This document shows positions 20,771 to 31,772 of a stretch of DNA of 64,000 bases, piece by piece. Location of the stretch: positions 26,361-90,360 of the forward strand of contig JAANOX010000199.1 in the NCBI GenBank assembly GCA_020184695.1, given 5' to 3'. Within the stretch, counting starts at the first letter, position 1; each line of letters starts with the position of its first letter. The notes below the pieces were generated by a model. That model was not told where the DNA came from, did no database searches, and saw nothing but the letters and a program-made list of their open reading frames with translations. The DNA is from Histomonas meleagridis 2922-C6/04-290x (Eukaryota > Protista > Parabasalia). Both the position numbers and the translations under genes were made by a program.

Positions 20771-21164
20771 TTGAGAAAAATGAAGTTTTGTAAAAATATT
20801 TTATGTCAATGATTCTATTATATGTTAGATAAAGTGCTGATTAGTAAATGTAAATTAACGTTTTAATGAAAATTTAAATAAGAATGTGTGTTTGAAGAAA
20901 TGAAAATTATGTTCATAGAAATAAATTGAAAAGATGACAAGTTCCAAAATAGATTTCTTCAAGCATTGCAACAATCGACAATTCATATGAATTTCATATG
21001 TTAAATTGATCGAATTTGATTGATAAATATCTTTAATTAAGGAAATATGATATTTAGTAGGTATATGAGCGAAATTAATAACATAATAATTTTTTATCAA
21101 ATAAGATTTGATGATTTGGGAAGACGATACATATTAACGTTTTCTCGAAGCAACCGCCAGACAA

Positions 21165-21821
21165 ATGGGCGAAAACCCAGGAGGAAGACACGGAGCAGGT
21201 GAATATAATGCCCAACTTGATAGAATTCAACGTGTAAATAGGATAACTGAGCTTAAACTACAAGAAAAAGATCTTACTGATGATCAAAATCTCTTTCGAA
21301 ACCAATATGGTCTTTTAGAGTGCAAACTCTGTTGTACTCATCACCGAACAGAAGCAAGTTATATTGCACATACGTATGGTAAGCAGCACCAAAGAAATCT
21401 TGAAAGAAGGCGTGTTGTTCTTGCACGTAAAGAAGCAATGAATGGTGGCTGTAGGATTGGGCCACAACCACAACCTGCACCAATGGTTCATAAACAACCA
21501 AAAATTGGCGACCCAGCATTTAATATTTTCAAAAATAAAAATCCAACAGGAAGTCTCACAATACTCTTTGAACTCACGTATGATCAGATACGCAAAAATA
21601 CATCGCCTCGGTACCGAATAATGTCAGCTTTTGAACAACGAGTTGATTCACCAGATCCAAATTATCAATATGTTGTCTTTGCAGCACAACCTTACAATAC
21701 AGTTGCATTTAAGATCCCAAATCTTCCAATTTTAGAGGATCAAATCATCCATGACTGGAAACCATCAGAACACATTTACACATTTCAAGTTACTGTTTCG
21801 CCGCCGCCAACACAAAATTAA
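21165..21821 (+). CDS. SF3A2: Splicing factor 3A subunit 2 (SF3a66/Prp11)
   Basis: RNQYGLLECKLCCTHHRTEASYIAHTYGKQHQRNL zinc finger; PRYRIMSAFEQRVDSPDPNYQYVVFAAQPYNTVAFKIP. Confidence 0.95.
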   Translation: MGENPGGRHGAGEYNAQLDRIQRVNRITELKLQEKDLTDDQNLFRNQYGLLECKLCCTHHRTEASYIAHTYGKQHQRNLERRRVVLARKEAMNGGCRIGPQPQPAPMVHKQPKIGDPAFNIFKNKNPTGSLTILFELTYDQIRKNTSPRYRIMSAFEQRVDSPDPNYQYVVFAAQPYNTVAFKIPNLPILEDQIIHDWKPSEHIYTFQVTVSPPPTQN

Positions 21822-22019
21822 ATATAAATTGTTCGATTATAAAATTTGATTTTTTTTTATTTCATTACAAAAAATATTAAAGAAGATATCTTTCGAACGC
21901 ACATTAAAACATAAAAGAGAGTTTTATATATATTGGAAAAAGATACATGAAAGTTATAAATAATAATATATTTTCAGATACAAATTAAATTTTAATGAAA
22001 ATAACAAAAATACATTTAC

Positions 22020-22520
22020 ATGTTTATTGCATATAATTTACTTTTATAAAGGCGAGTTTGAACCATTGATGTATTTCCATAAGTTGTAAGATAAAAGTTA
22101 TGTTGTAGCACAAATTTATCCTTTTCAACACCGTATGTACCAAATGACAACCAAACATCTCCAGTTGATGCATGATAAGTAGTATGACTTTTAGGAATTG
22201 TTGTTGTAGATCCATGTTAAAAAGTTCATATGAATAACTTGTCAGTAACACTTTACGCTGTGTTAAAATTATGTTAGAATTAATCTTTTTATAATTTACA
22301 TTGCTTTTATTCACTTTTATTTCAATATCGACAATGTCGATCTTTTGATCGAATACCAAAAAGATCTCTGATTGAAAGTAAACTTATAATGCTGAATCAA
22401 ATGAAAGTGATTTATGTCCATATCCTTTATTATCTCATAATGCCTTCTGTAGAATTAATTGTAACGCTGTAACCTGAACTAGCATCCCATGAACCAAAAA
22501 TTCATAATCATAAATAAAAC
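22020..22520 (-). pseudogene. Decayed beta-rich protein-coding remnant
   Basis: Protein-like stretches (HTTYHASTGDVWLSFGTYGVEKDKFVLQHNFYLTTYG...; GSWDASSGYSVTINST) broken by stops and frameshifts. Confidence 0.3.
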
Positions 22521-23492
22521 TAGAATTTTTGGTAACATTGAATTCAAAATCATTAATAAAGTCTTTCCAAATAAGTTTCCCGAACGATAGTATTTTGATT
22601 GAGTAATTTGAGAAAGGTTAATTCCTTACTTAGTATATTATTTTCTTTGGCATATTAATTTTTACTATTGATATATATAAACAGTTTGAAGCTATTTAAA
22701 TCTTATTATATAAAAAGTTTAATTTTATTTGTTTTTATATCACTTTTTTTACAATAAAGAGTTTGCATAAATAACAAAATATATATTTTTTCGCAGATTG
22801 AGAATGATTATCCAGAAAAATTCCTATATGAAGAAAAAAATTATTAACGTGTTCTTGTCTGAAATTTTAACTGTATTTCACAAACAAATGAAAACTTCAT
22901 CAATATTTCAAAGAAGAAAAATGAAAAATGCACTTTTATTTTTTAAAATACTGTTTTTTCATAGGAACAAAACAAGTTGTTGATTTCCCTGGTCCACGTA
23001 AATTTTTAGATTGTTAATCTTGTGCAAATGACATATTTTTTATGAAAATTTCAATTATCTCAAACATAATATTAATGAATTTATTCGTGTTCATTTTTTT
23101 TCCTACCAACACCACAGATGAATACAATAAATTTTTAAATTAAATTATTCGGAAATATGTAGGGAAAGGAAAAATTGAGCAGTCAATCACCAAATAAATA
23201 TGGGTATACATTGATATTACTTTTTTATTTTTTTCATAAAGCAGTTTTCGAGAAAATAAACTAAATTTAATTAAGCATTAAAATCCAGAAAATTCAAATA
23301 TCGATTCAATTCTTTTTTTAAACTTGTTGTGGAAAATTGGCAGCACTTTTCGATCGGTCTAATAGAATCACGTGCAAAAAGTGGAACCGATACTGAATTT
23401 TCAACCTAAACTTCTGAAATATATATTGTTGACAAAACCGTTGGTTAAAAAAATGTTTTTGAACAAAATATGGAAAAAAAACATTTTTAACA

Positions 23493-24143
23493 CTAAACAG
23501 GATCATATATTTTCTTTCCTGTGAGATTTTGGATTCGGCTCGCTAAGGTGGGTGTGAAAAGTTTCGAGATTGGAGGCTCCTTTTTCGAAGTTTTGTTATG
23601 TTTAGGTGTATTTGGTTTCTTGGATTCGGTTTCGTTGTTGGGCTTTATTTTGAAAAATTCGTTGTTTTTGGCTTTCTTCTTGGTATTACTTTGGTTGATA
23701 ATTCCAGGGATTAAACATTCCGGTGCTTTGTTTCTTCCTGAACCTGTTTGCTTTTGAAGTTCTTCCATTAAATGATAATTTTCTTCTTTGAGCTCTTCGA
23801 TCTTGGCTTCTAACTCCCGAATCGTGTTATTCGATTTATTAAAGTGATTTCGTAAAAGCTCTTTTTGGTTATTATGAAAACGAAGTACGTTCATCGTTTT
23901 TTGTAACAAATTTTCTGGTTCTTCAAAAAATTGAAGAATTTCGGGTGGAAGAGAATCAGAAAGGGATATAGTGCCACACTGTGATTTACAAATTGGACAT
24001 GTCGCTTTCCCATCATTTGTTTGAATTTGGCAATCTGGTCGATTACAAAAAAAATGGCCACAACTTGTTAAAATACCGCCATTCTTTTCGAAACCCTTAA
24101 AGCAATTGTTGCACCGTATCCAGTCATTGACAAAATCAGACAT
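23493..24143 (-). CDS. RNF212/Zip3-like RING + coiled-coil protein
   Basis: WIRCNNC...LTSCGHFFC...CPIC...L...LPPEILQFF, then a coiled coil and a disordered tail. Confidence 0.7.
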   Translation of the reverse strand: MSDFVNDWIRCNNCFKGFEKNGGILTSCGHFFCNRPDCQIQTNDGKATCPICKSQCGTISLSDSLPPEILQFFEEPENLLQKTMNVLRFHNNQKELLRNHFNKSNNTIRELEAKIEELKEENYHLMEELQKQTGSGRNKAPECLIPGIINQSNTKKKAKNNEFFKIKPNNETESKKPNTPKHNKTSKKEPPISKLFTPTLASRIQNLTGKKIYDPV

Positions 24144-24589
24144 GTTTCGGAATTTGTGTCAGAACATCAAAAAAATTTGATGTGGGAAAAAGTGACATAT
24201 TGAAAAAAAAATAGAAATTTTAATATAAATAAAGCAAAAAATAAGGTTAACACTAAAGATTATAAATTTTAGTAATTAGCTTAACCCTACAATAATCATC
24301 TTTGATTTTCTTCTTCAAGTAAATATAAAATTGATTTGATGTAAAACGAATAAAATATATTGAGATTTTTTCCTAAGACTTTGCAAGGCACTGAGAAAAT
24401 CCACAAGAAAGAATTTTTGGTAGAAGAAAAAAAATTAAAATATAATTAGTAGTAATCTTCTTATATGTTTTAAGGCTCCGCGTTGATTGATTATAGTGGT
24501 TAATAACTATGAAGAAACTTAAAGATAAACAATAAGTTGGAAACTTGAAAAATGTGGCTGTTTCTTATTATGTCACTTTTTAGGATAAA

Positions 24590-25246
24590 ATGGATAAAAA
24601 CTCATTCGAATATGCGAAAGGAATTATCGAAAAGTTGTTTGAAATACCAACTAACACTGATTTTTCATATCCTGTTGCAGATTATATTAAAGATTATCGC
24701 GATATAATAGAACGTCCAATGGATCTAATGACTGTAAAAAATAATCTAGCTAAAGGCGTTTACAAAACACTTAAGGAATGGTACGATGATATTTGCCTTG
24801 TTTATAACAATTGTATTAAATATTATTCTCAATCACAAGATCGAGTTGTTGCCGATCTTTATATCAAACTGGCAGAATACAATTTAAATAAATTTAAAAA
24901 AATGACTGCTGCATTTTCATGTAATTCTGACCAAGAATGGTTTGATCTAACATCAAAAATTTACAACAAATTATTTTCCACCATTAAAAAATGTCCATTT
25001 ACAATAAATCAATTACAAAACAATTCTACAGATATACCACTTACCTCACGAGAAATCTCAGAAACTGTTGAAAAGTTAAATTCAATGGTCAAAGATGAAT
25101 CGACCAAAAAGGAAATTGTCAAAATCCTCAAAGAGACAGACCCTGAAATAGAACTAAATAATGACGAGTTGACAATAAATGCCGAAGACCTAAAACAGGA
25201 AACAATGAATGCGCTTTGGGTATATGTTAAATCCCAAGAAATTTAA
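24590..25246 (+). CDS. Bromodomain + ET-like protein with atypical acetyl-lysine pocket
   Basis: FSYPV...DYRDIIERPMDL.TVK..L..G.Y.T..EW..DI.LVYNNCIKYY; C-terminal LTINAEDLKQETMNALWVYV. Confidence 0.88.
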   Translation: MDKNSFEYAKGIIEKLFEIPTNTDFSYPVADYIKDYRDIIERPMDLMTVKNNLAKGVYKTLKEWYDDICLVYNNCIKYYSQSQDRVVADLYIKLAEYNLNKFKKMTAAFSCNSDQEWFDLTSKIYNKLFSTIKKCPFTINQLQNNSTDIPLTSREISETVEKLNSMVKDESTKKEIVKILKETDPEIELNNDELTINAEDLKQETMNALWVYVKSQEI

Positions 25247-25630
25247 ATAAAAATGTTTGGGAATTATTAAATAAAGTTTAAATCTGTTAAATTTGTTTTA
25301 ACGAAATCTTATGAGAAGTATTTCATCCTCAAATTATCAATCTGATCAAATTTGTTTTTGCAACAAGACAAATTTTAAACTGTTTCACAGAAAAAACCAT
25401 CGTCGTTCTGAATTTTTTATCGTTTGTCCAGGATTTTGGGCACAGAAATGACAATGAAAACATCTAAAACAAGACTTTTAACTATATTTTGCATTTGTTC
25501 ATCTGCTATTTATAATCTCTTTGCTTTATATTGATGAAATTACATTAAAAATTTTTAAAAAATGAGATTTTTTAAATATATTTTTATTAATAAATGAAAT
25601 AGTTCAGATATTTTACAAAAAAAATTATTT

Positions 25631-28564
25631 TTATAGCTTTGACAAAATGGCCGATATTCTCAATGATTTTGCTCTTGACTTTCCACACATTGCCTGAATT
25701 TTCGGCACAATTTGCATATTATTTCTGATTAATCTTAGCAATAAATCTTGTAACTGCTCTGCTAATTGTGCGTCAATCATATCACTTAATTTCTTTTTAT
25801 CGAACATAAACAATCGACACAACGAAAATGTTACGGCGTTTTGTAATTCAATTTGGATAATTTTTCCTGAATCGAAGAAAATGAGCAAATTGCGAAACAT
25901 CGCATCTACATTTTCAGCATCATTTTGTGGGAAATCCTCAAAAACTTGACATAAAATTCCTTGCGGGAAATCATCAATTGAAATTGCAAGTGCCAAAAAT
26001 AACGAAGAAAGATTTTCTATAACATTTTGGTAGCCACTTTTTGTAGACCTTGCAATTTCCCACCATTTAATGAAAGTGTTCATCAAATTCATTATCAAAG
26101 GTATTAATTCCGGATGTTTAATCACGCAAATATTAAACAAATGTATAATATTTTCTTGCATTCCAGGATAAGTCGCAGATTCTATAGTCGAAGCCACTTC
26201 ATTTATAATTGCTTGATGCATTTCATTTGATACTGCATCATAAAGTATTGCATCAGATAATGCGCCAATTGCAGCACATTGATCTAATTGTGAATTTCTT
26301 TTCATCCAAAGTAATAAAAATTGACATATTTCATTATTAATTGGTGATTTAACAATGATTAAAGATGTAATTAATTTACATATGTTTAAGAATAATGTTA
26401 AAGATGTATCAATTTGTATTAATGGTAAATCCCTTAAAAACGAAACTTTTCCATTAATAATTTTAGTCAAAAGATTTATCGATGATTGTATCATTTTAGC
26501 TAAGATATTATTATTAGATGAATATTTAAGTAAACTTGAATATGAATGTAATGATTCTGATATAACATTAATGTATATATCTTCTTTAATAATTGTTCGA
26601 AGTTTCTTCGAAAATATTAATCTTTGTTCATCATTAAATAATTTTGATAATGATCGAATTGCTTCAATAGATGTTAATTGTAATGTTTGTTCATAATCAA
26701 GATATTTAAGAATAACTTCAATTAATTTCGGTGAAATAATTTGTATTATGTTATTATCATTTGTATACTTAATAACTTTACATAATATAAGAATTGAAGT
26801 TGATGAAATATTTTCATTTGTTTCAATGTTATTTATAAACCCAAATATTATTTCAATATATGGTAATATTATATCTAAAACAGACTCATGAAATGATGTA
26901 ATTAAATCTTGTAAAAATCCTAATGTCATTGTGATAACATCTGAATTAGAATACATTAAACATGGCTGAATTGATTTCCCAATTATATTTATTACATCTG
27001 TAATTAAATCAGTATCAAATTGTATTAATGCATGTGCCATATTAAATGATGATGCTATAGCTATTACATTTTCATTATTATTATGGACGTTTTGTAATAG
27101 ATTTAATATGATTTCAGTATCACTATCATCAAAATCTGTTGTAATATTAATGGAATATGCAATTATAGTAAAATATAATGTAATGTCATCAGGATGAATT
27201 TGAGGATAATAATTCCAAACGATTTTAAAAAATTGTGGTATTTCACAATCAACTTGTTTACATATAGTTAAAATTGCTGTGTAACAATGATGTCGTATTT
27301 CTGGTGATTCAGATATAATTTGTGGTATAAGTGCATTAAGTAATGTAAGATTATATACTTTCAAATATGAAAATACATTTTCTTGAAGTGATTCAATAAC
27401 ATATGCTGATGATTGTATTAATAATGGATTCTTTGTATTAATTGCTGTAGTTAAAACTTTAATAAAATCTTCTGATTGTTTTGCGGAATATTCACCACCA
27501 TCATTAAATAAAATTGAAAAAATTAGAATGGAGGAAGATGTATGAGAAACACTATTTTGTTGAATAATTTCAAATAATTTTTGTGAAAAAATGGGATATA
27601 TGGTTTCATTTGGAAATGATTTGAAAAGTGACTCTATCAAACTAAGTTGGTCAAATGGAAGTGTATCGGTTTCTTCGACCGTTTGCGCCATGATGTCAAT
27701 GCAAAGTTGAAGAATTGTTCCTGTTTGATCTGGGTAAAGATAAATACCATTAACAAGAGAAGTGGCTGGAAGTAAACGAAGGCTTGATGGAAAATTTCGA
27801 GATGATACACAATTTAAAGAGATTTGTATTAATTCTTGAGCTGCTTCTGGGATAATTTTTCCTTTAACAATTATATCACTAATGTAATTCCACAACCTTG
27901 AAAAATTGTTTGGATCATATGAAAATGATTGTCGAGATATTTGTAGTATTCTTTCGAAAATTTGAGTAAACCATGTCATATCAAAATCATCAGTATAAAC
28001 TAAAATATTAGAAAAGATATGAATACCATTTAACTGAATTCGAATATCATCTATTGAAATAAAAAAGTTAACAATTTCTATAAACTTATTAAACTGATTT
28101 GAAATAAAATCACCTTCAAAAACATCAATAACAGAATCAAATATGTATGAACTTATTAATGGATTTGCTTGAAAATTGTTAAATAAATAATTTAATAAAT
28201 CGTTCCATTCTTGTGAATCATTTTGAAAAACAAAAGAAATTGTGTCTGAAATAATTTGGATGTCATTTTGCGATATTGGATTTTGAATTATTTCAATTAA
28301 CCATTGTTTTATATTAGCTTGAGATTCAATTGGAAGTGATTGCCAATGTTCTTTTATTGCCTTATAAAAGTAAGTCATTGACCCGTGGCGAATAGAATTA
28401 GAAATTGGATCAACATTTGTAATATTTCGGTATAAATTAAATAATGCTGGGATTGAATTAGGATTTGAAAGCAGAACCTGAAGATTTTGTGTTGCTTCTT
28501 GTACAGTTTCAGACTGTAAAGTATTTACTATGAGTTGTTGAAGAGTTAAAGAAAGCTCTTCCAT
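25631..28564 (-). CDS. Importin-beta/karyopherin HEAT-repeat protein (importin-4-like)
   Basis: N-terminal IBN_N-like segment (VQEATQNL...IRHGS...IKEHWQSLP.ESQANIK..L) and HEAT-like helices; likely start MEELS at 28564. Confidence 0.75.
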   Translation of the reverse strand: MEELSLTLQQLIVNTLQSETVQEATQNLQVLLSNPNSIPALFNLYRNITNVDPISNSIRHGSMTYFYKAIKEHWQSLPIESQANIKQWLIEIIQNPISQNDIQIISDTISFVFQNDSQEWNDLLNYLFNNFQANPLISSYIFDSVIDVFEGDFISNQFNKFIEIVNFFISIDDIRIQLNGIHIFSNILVYTDDFDMTWFTQIFERILQISRQSFSYDPNNFSRLWNYISDIIVKGKIIPEAAQELIQISLNCVSSRNFPSSLRLLPATSLVNGIYLYPDQTGTILQLCIDIMAQTVEETDTLPFDQLSLIESLFKSFPNETIYPIFSQKLFEIIQQNSVSHTSSSILIFSILFNDGGEYSAKQSEDFIKVLTTAINTKNPLLIQSSAYVIESLQENVFSYLKVYNLTLLNALIPQIISESPEIRHHCYTAILTICKQVDCEIPQFFKIVWNYYPQIHPDDITLYFTIIAYSINITTDFDDSDTEIILNLLQNVHNNNENVIAIASSFNMAHALIQFDTDLITDVINIIGKSIQPCLMYSNSDVITMTLGFLQDLITSFHESVLDIILPYIEIIFGFINNIETNENISSTSILILCKVIKYTNDNNIIQIISPKLIEVILKYLDYEQTLQLTSIEAIRSLSKLFNDEQRLIFSKKLRTIIKEDIYINVISESLHSYSSLLKYSSNNNILAKMIQSSINLLTKIINGKVSFLRDLPLIQIDTSLTLFLNICKLITSLIIVKSPINNEICQFLLLWMKRNSQLDQCAAIGALSDAILYDAVSNEMHQAIINEVASTIESATYPGMQENIIHLFNICVIKHPELIPLIMNLMNTFIKWWEIARSTKSGYQNVIENLSSLFLALAISIDDFPQGILCQVFEDFPQNDAENVDAMFRNLLIFFDSGKIIQIELQNAVTFSLCRLFMFDKKKLSDMIDAQLAEQLQDLLLRLIRNNMQIVPKIQAMCGKSRAKSLRISAILSKL

Positions 28565-28650
28565 GTTGCTCGACCAACTCCATTTTTTGAAAAGTTTATA
28601 TTGGGGCACCCCAATTCTATAAAATCAAAATTAACAATATTTATTAAATT

Positions 28651-31600
28651 CTAGCCTAATGAGATATCATCAATTAATATAATTTTACGTGGTATCTTTG
28701 ATGCCAAGTTATTGAGTTCTTGCAAATATTTGGTTATTTTATTTTCTTTCATATTTGGCAAATCTTCACCAAATGCATTAACCATCTCTTTAAAGTATTC
28801 TTCCAATTCTGGTGAATCAACGTTCAATTCTATTGATGTAATTACTGATAAATCAAACAACAAAATTTCTCTGAAAGGAAATGCCGTTTTTTCAAAATAT
28901 GTTTCATTATGATTTAAAATAAATTGTAACATCCTTAGGAATATTCTTTCAGTTTCTTCATGAACAAAGGCAACGAAATCTTGGCTTGTATTAGCGTAAA
29001 ACAATTTCAATACATTACATCCTATTTGTGCGAAATCGGAATTTGGCGCGAACATTGAATATTCAGAGGCGGTCAAACAAATTTGAAGGAACTCAGAAAG
29101 ATTTGTGTGCAGCACGTTCAAATGCTTAGAAACCAATACATTCAAAAATTGAGACAATTTTTCTGCGCATTTTGGATAACAAAAAATTGTTTCAACACCA
29201 ATATTTCTAACTACTTGAAAGAACAAATTTAACAAGTTAATTAAAACAGGGTCATTATAAATCTTAAATGCATTGAATTCTATATATCTTGCGCTGAATA
29301 ATTCGATGAAATTTTGAAGTAAAAGTTCAAAAGCAGTTAAATAATCGCCGAAGTTTACATTCGTTGCAACATTTAATAACATCTCTAAAAATGGAGTGAA
29401 AATAAGTGAAGAAGATTTAAACATTAAAATTCCATTTGGCGAGAAATCACCAAATTCAATTCGTGTTCCTTTAGATGTTATAAAACTCAACCAAAACTCA
29501 AACAATGCAATTGTTAAATAAGAGAATTGTAATAACAAATTAATATTTTTTTCGAGTAAATTTAATTTATTTGGTACAAACCAAGAAAAAAGGATATTAT
29601 ATTCATGAGATTCAGAAGCTTGTTGGAATAGTGAAGATAAATCTATTAAAGTTTTAGCTAAGTTTTGTGGATCATTAAAGTTAAGTCTATTCGAAAAGTT
29701 ATTTAAAACATTTGGAATTGCTTCTTGATAATTTTTGTCGAAAATTTTTTGAAAAATTAATGAAAAGAAATTCTTTCGACATTCTTTATCAGCATTTCTT
29801 AAGAATGAATAATCGGAAAACAAAAACTCTTTCATAAGATTATTATCAACAATTGTTGATTTAATTATACCGAATTGTGTTCGTTCAAACAAATCAATAA
29901 TTTTTCTTATTAAAGAAGGCGAATTATCAAATGTTTTCATTGATAATAAAATTCTATGAAATATTTGATTTGTTACATATTTAATATCTAAATTATCATT
30001 ACCATAATCTATACGCATATTATAATAATATTTCCGTGATTCATATGTATCTTTTCCAAAGTTGGTGTTCTGAAATAGAAAACAAAATGTTATAATTTCA
30101 TGTTCTAAGAATATTTCATCTTCACCTTTCATTTCTTTATAATTTATTAAGAAATCGGATTCTTTAGATTCTTCAACTAATTTATATAAACATATAAATA
30201 AAGGAATTTTAAGTTTGTTGAATTCATCATCATTTTTTTGTCCTTTAAGAATATAATTAATGATTTGTATTACTGTTGCTAATTTAATTTCATCTTCTCT
30301 TGATTTAGTGTTAAAGAATTGTTCCTTAAAATTATTAAACATTTCAGTAAAACATTTCGAAAAATATTCGAAATCAACTTCTGCTAAATTCGAAATATAA
30401 CCAATTTGAACATAATTATAATATTCATCAGCTGTAAATAATGTTGAAGCTTCATCAAAATTCTCTGATAATGCTTTTATTGTTATATCAGTATAATTTT
30501 GACAAATTGGTATAATCAAATCATGAATTTGAATATATTTATGGACGGTGTTTTTACTATCAAAGAATTCCATCCAAAATTTAATCGCGTAATATATCGT
30601 TTGTGGATTAGATATAAATGTTTCATAATTTAATATATTTAATGTGAACTTATGATATAATAAAACATAATCGTTATATATTTGTATAAGATCTTTCATA
30701 AGTTCATCATTTGGTACAATATAAATTTGAATTTTATATGATATAATACATATCAAATGAATTTCTTCAATTCCAAATTCTTTTGTTTGAAGTAAATCAT
30801 TTAAATATTTTATTATATACCCATAAAGTTGCTTTATTACATTTATCTTTTCATCAATAATGAAAGAGCTGTGGATTGTTGATGATAATTTATATATAAT
30901 TTCTAATATAAGTCGTATAAATTGTGGACATTTATCACTATACATATATAATAATGATATAAATTGTGGGTCACTTATAGTGCGTGATGAACCTTCTGGC
31001 ATATAAACTGTAAATCGTTTGATTTCATCATCTGTACAATAGAGAACATCTGAATTAACTTTATATAAAAAGCATGAATCAATAAGTTTAAGTGACGATG
31101 AAATAAGAAGTTCTTGTGAACTATTTAAATGTGTTAAATCACATGGTTCTGATAGAAATTTTGATAATGTATCAACAGATTTTTGAAGAATACGTGGCAA
31201 TTCAAAAACATAAAAATTCTGCGAATTTTCCTCACTTCGAGAAAACTGTTCAACAAGTTGAATAAAAAAATTAATTGAGATTTCATCATTTAATTTACTA
31301 AGTCGTTCAAAAAATTTTGTAAATGTGGGATGAAACCTATAAGACTTGGATACTAGTGTAGCATACAATATAGAAAGACTAAGAATTCTTGAAGATGATA
31401 TGAAATTTTGGGGATTTTCTTGGATAATATTAAAAACCCAACCTTCTAGATTTAAAGAAATATCAATATCCCAGGAACCAGAAAATCTTTCTACAATAAT
31501 TGTCATTATTTTGAGAAGATTAAATTTTATTCTTGGATTTACATTTGGATGAATATAAAGTTCTTGACAAATAGATAAATTTGATGAATCGGAGCATGTT

Positions 31601-31677
31601 TTTTCTAATTCTTCATTTCCTGCTTGAGTTGGATGAATAATTTGTTCTTCTAATAGTTGACAAATAAAATTCTCCAT
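28651..31677 (-). CDS. XPO7: Exportin-7/RanBP16-like karyopherin
   Basis: RIEFGDFSPNGILMFK and LFSARYIEFNAFKIYNDP match exportin-7 motifs. Confidence 0.75.
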   Translation of the reverse strand: MENFICQLLEEQIIHPTQAGNEELEKTCSDSSNLSICQELYIHPNVNPRIKFNLLKIMTIIVERFSGSWDIDISLNLEGWVFNIIQENPQNFISSSRILSLSILYATLVSKSYRFHPTFTKFFERLSKLNDEISINFFIQLVEQFSRSEENSQNFYVFELPRILQKSVDTLSKFLSEPCDLTHLNSSQELLISSSLKLIDSCFLYKVNSDVLYCTDDEIKRFTVYMPEGSSRTISDPQFISLLYMYSDKCPQFIRLILEIIYKLSSTIHSSFIIDEKINVIKQLYGYIIKYLNDLLQTKEFGIEEIHLICIISYKIQIYIVPNDELMKDLIQIYNDYVLLYHKFTLNILNYETFISNPQTIYYAIKFWMEFFDSKNTVHKYIQIHDLIIPICQNYTDITIKALSENFDEASTLFTADEYYNYVQIGYISNLAEVDFEYFSKCFTEMFNNFKEQFFNTKSREDEIKLATVIQIINYILKGQKNDDEFNKLKIPLFICLYKLVEESKESDFLINYKEMKGEDEIFLEHEIITFCFLFQNTNFGKDTYESRKYYYNMRIDYGNDNLDIKYVTNQIFHRILLSMKTFDNSPSLIRKIIDLFERTQFGIIKSTIVDNNLMKEFLFSDYSFLRNADKECRKNFFSLIFQKIFDKNYQEAIPNVLNNFSNRLNFNDPQNLAKTLIDLSSLFQQASESHEYNILFSWFVPNKLNLLEKNINLLLQFSYLTIALFEFWLSFITSKGTRIEFGDFSPNGILMFKSSSLIFTPFLEMLLNVATNVNFGDYLTAFELLLQNFIELFSARYIEFNAFKIYNDPVLINLLNLFFQVVRNIGVETIFCYPKCAEKLSQFLNVLVSKHLNVLHTNLSEFLQICLTASEYSMFAPNSDFAQIGCNVLKLFYANTSQDFVAFVHEETERIFLRMLQFILNHNETYFEKTAFPFREILLFDLSVITSIELNVDSPELEEYFKEMVNAFGEDLPNMKENKITKYLQELNNLASKIPRKIILIDDISLG

Positions 31678-31772
31678 CTGAAATCAAGCAAACATTGTCA
31701 ATTTTTCATTATCGAATGAACATTTTTTTTTCTTGAAAATAAAATCAATACTAAAATTTATGAATTATCCTT

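Noticed and set aside
22780-23130. Possible Myb pseudogene fragment (FS*EQNKLLISLV)
   Set aside because: Only one short motif in a heavily disrupted frame.
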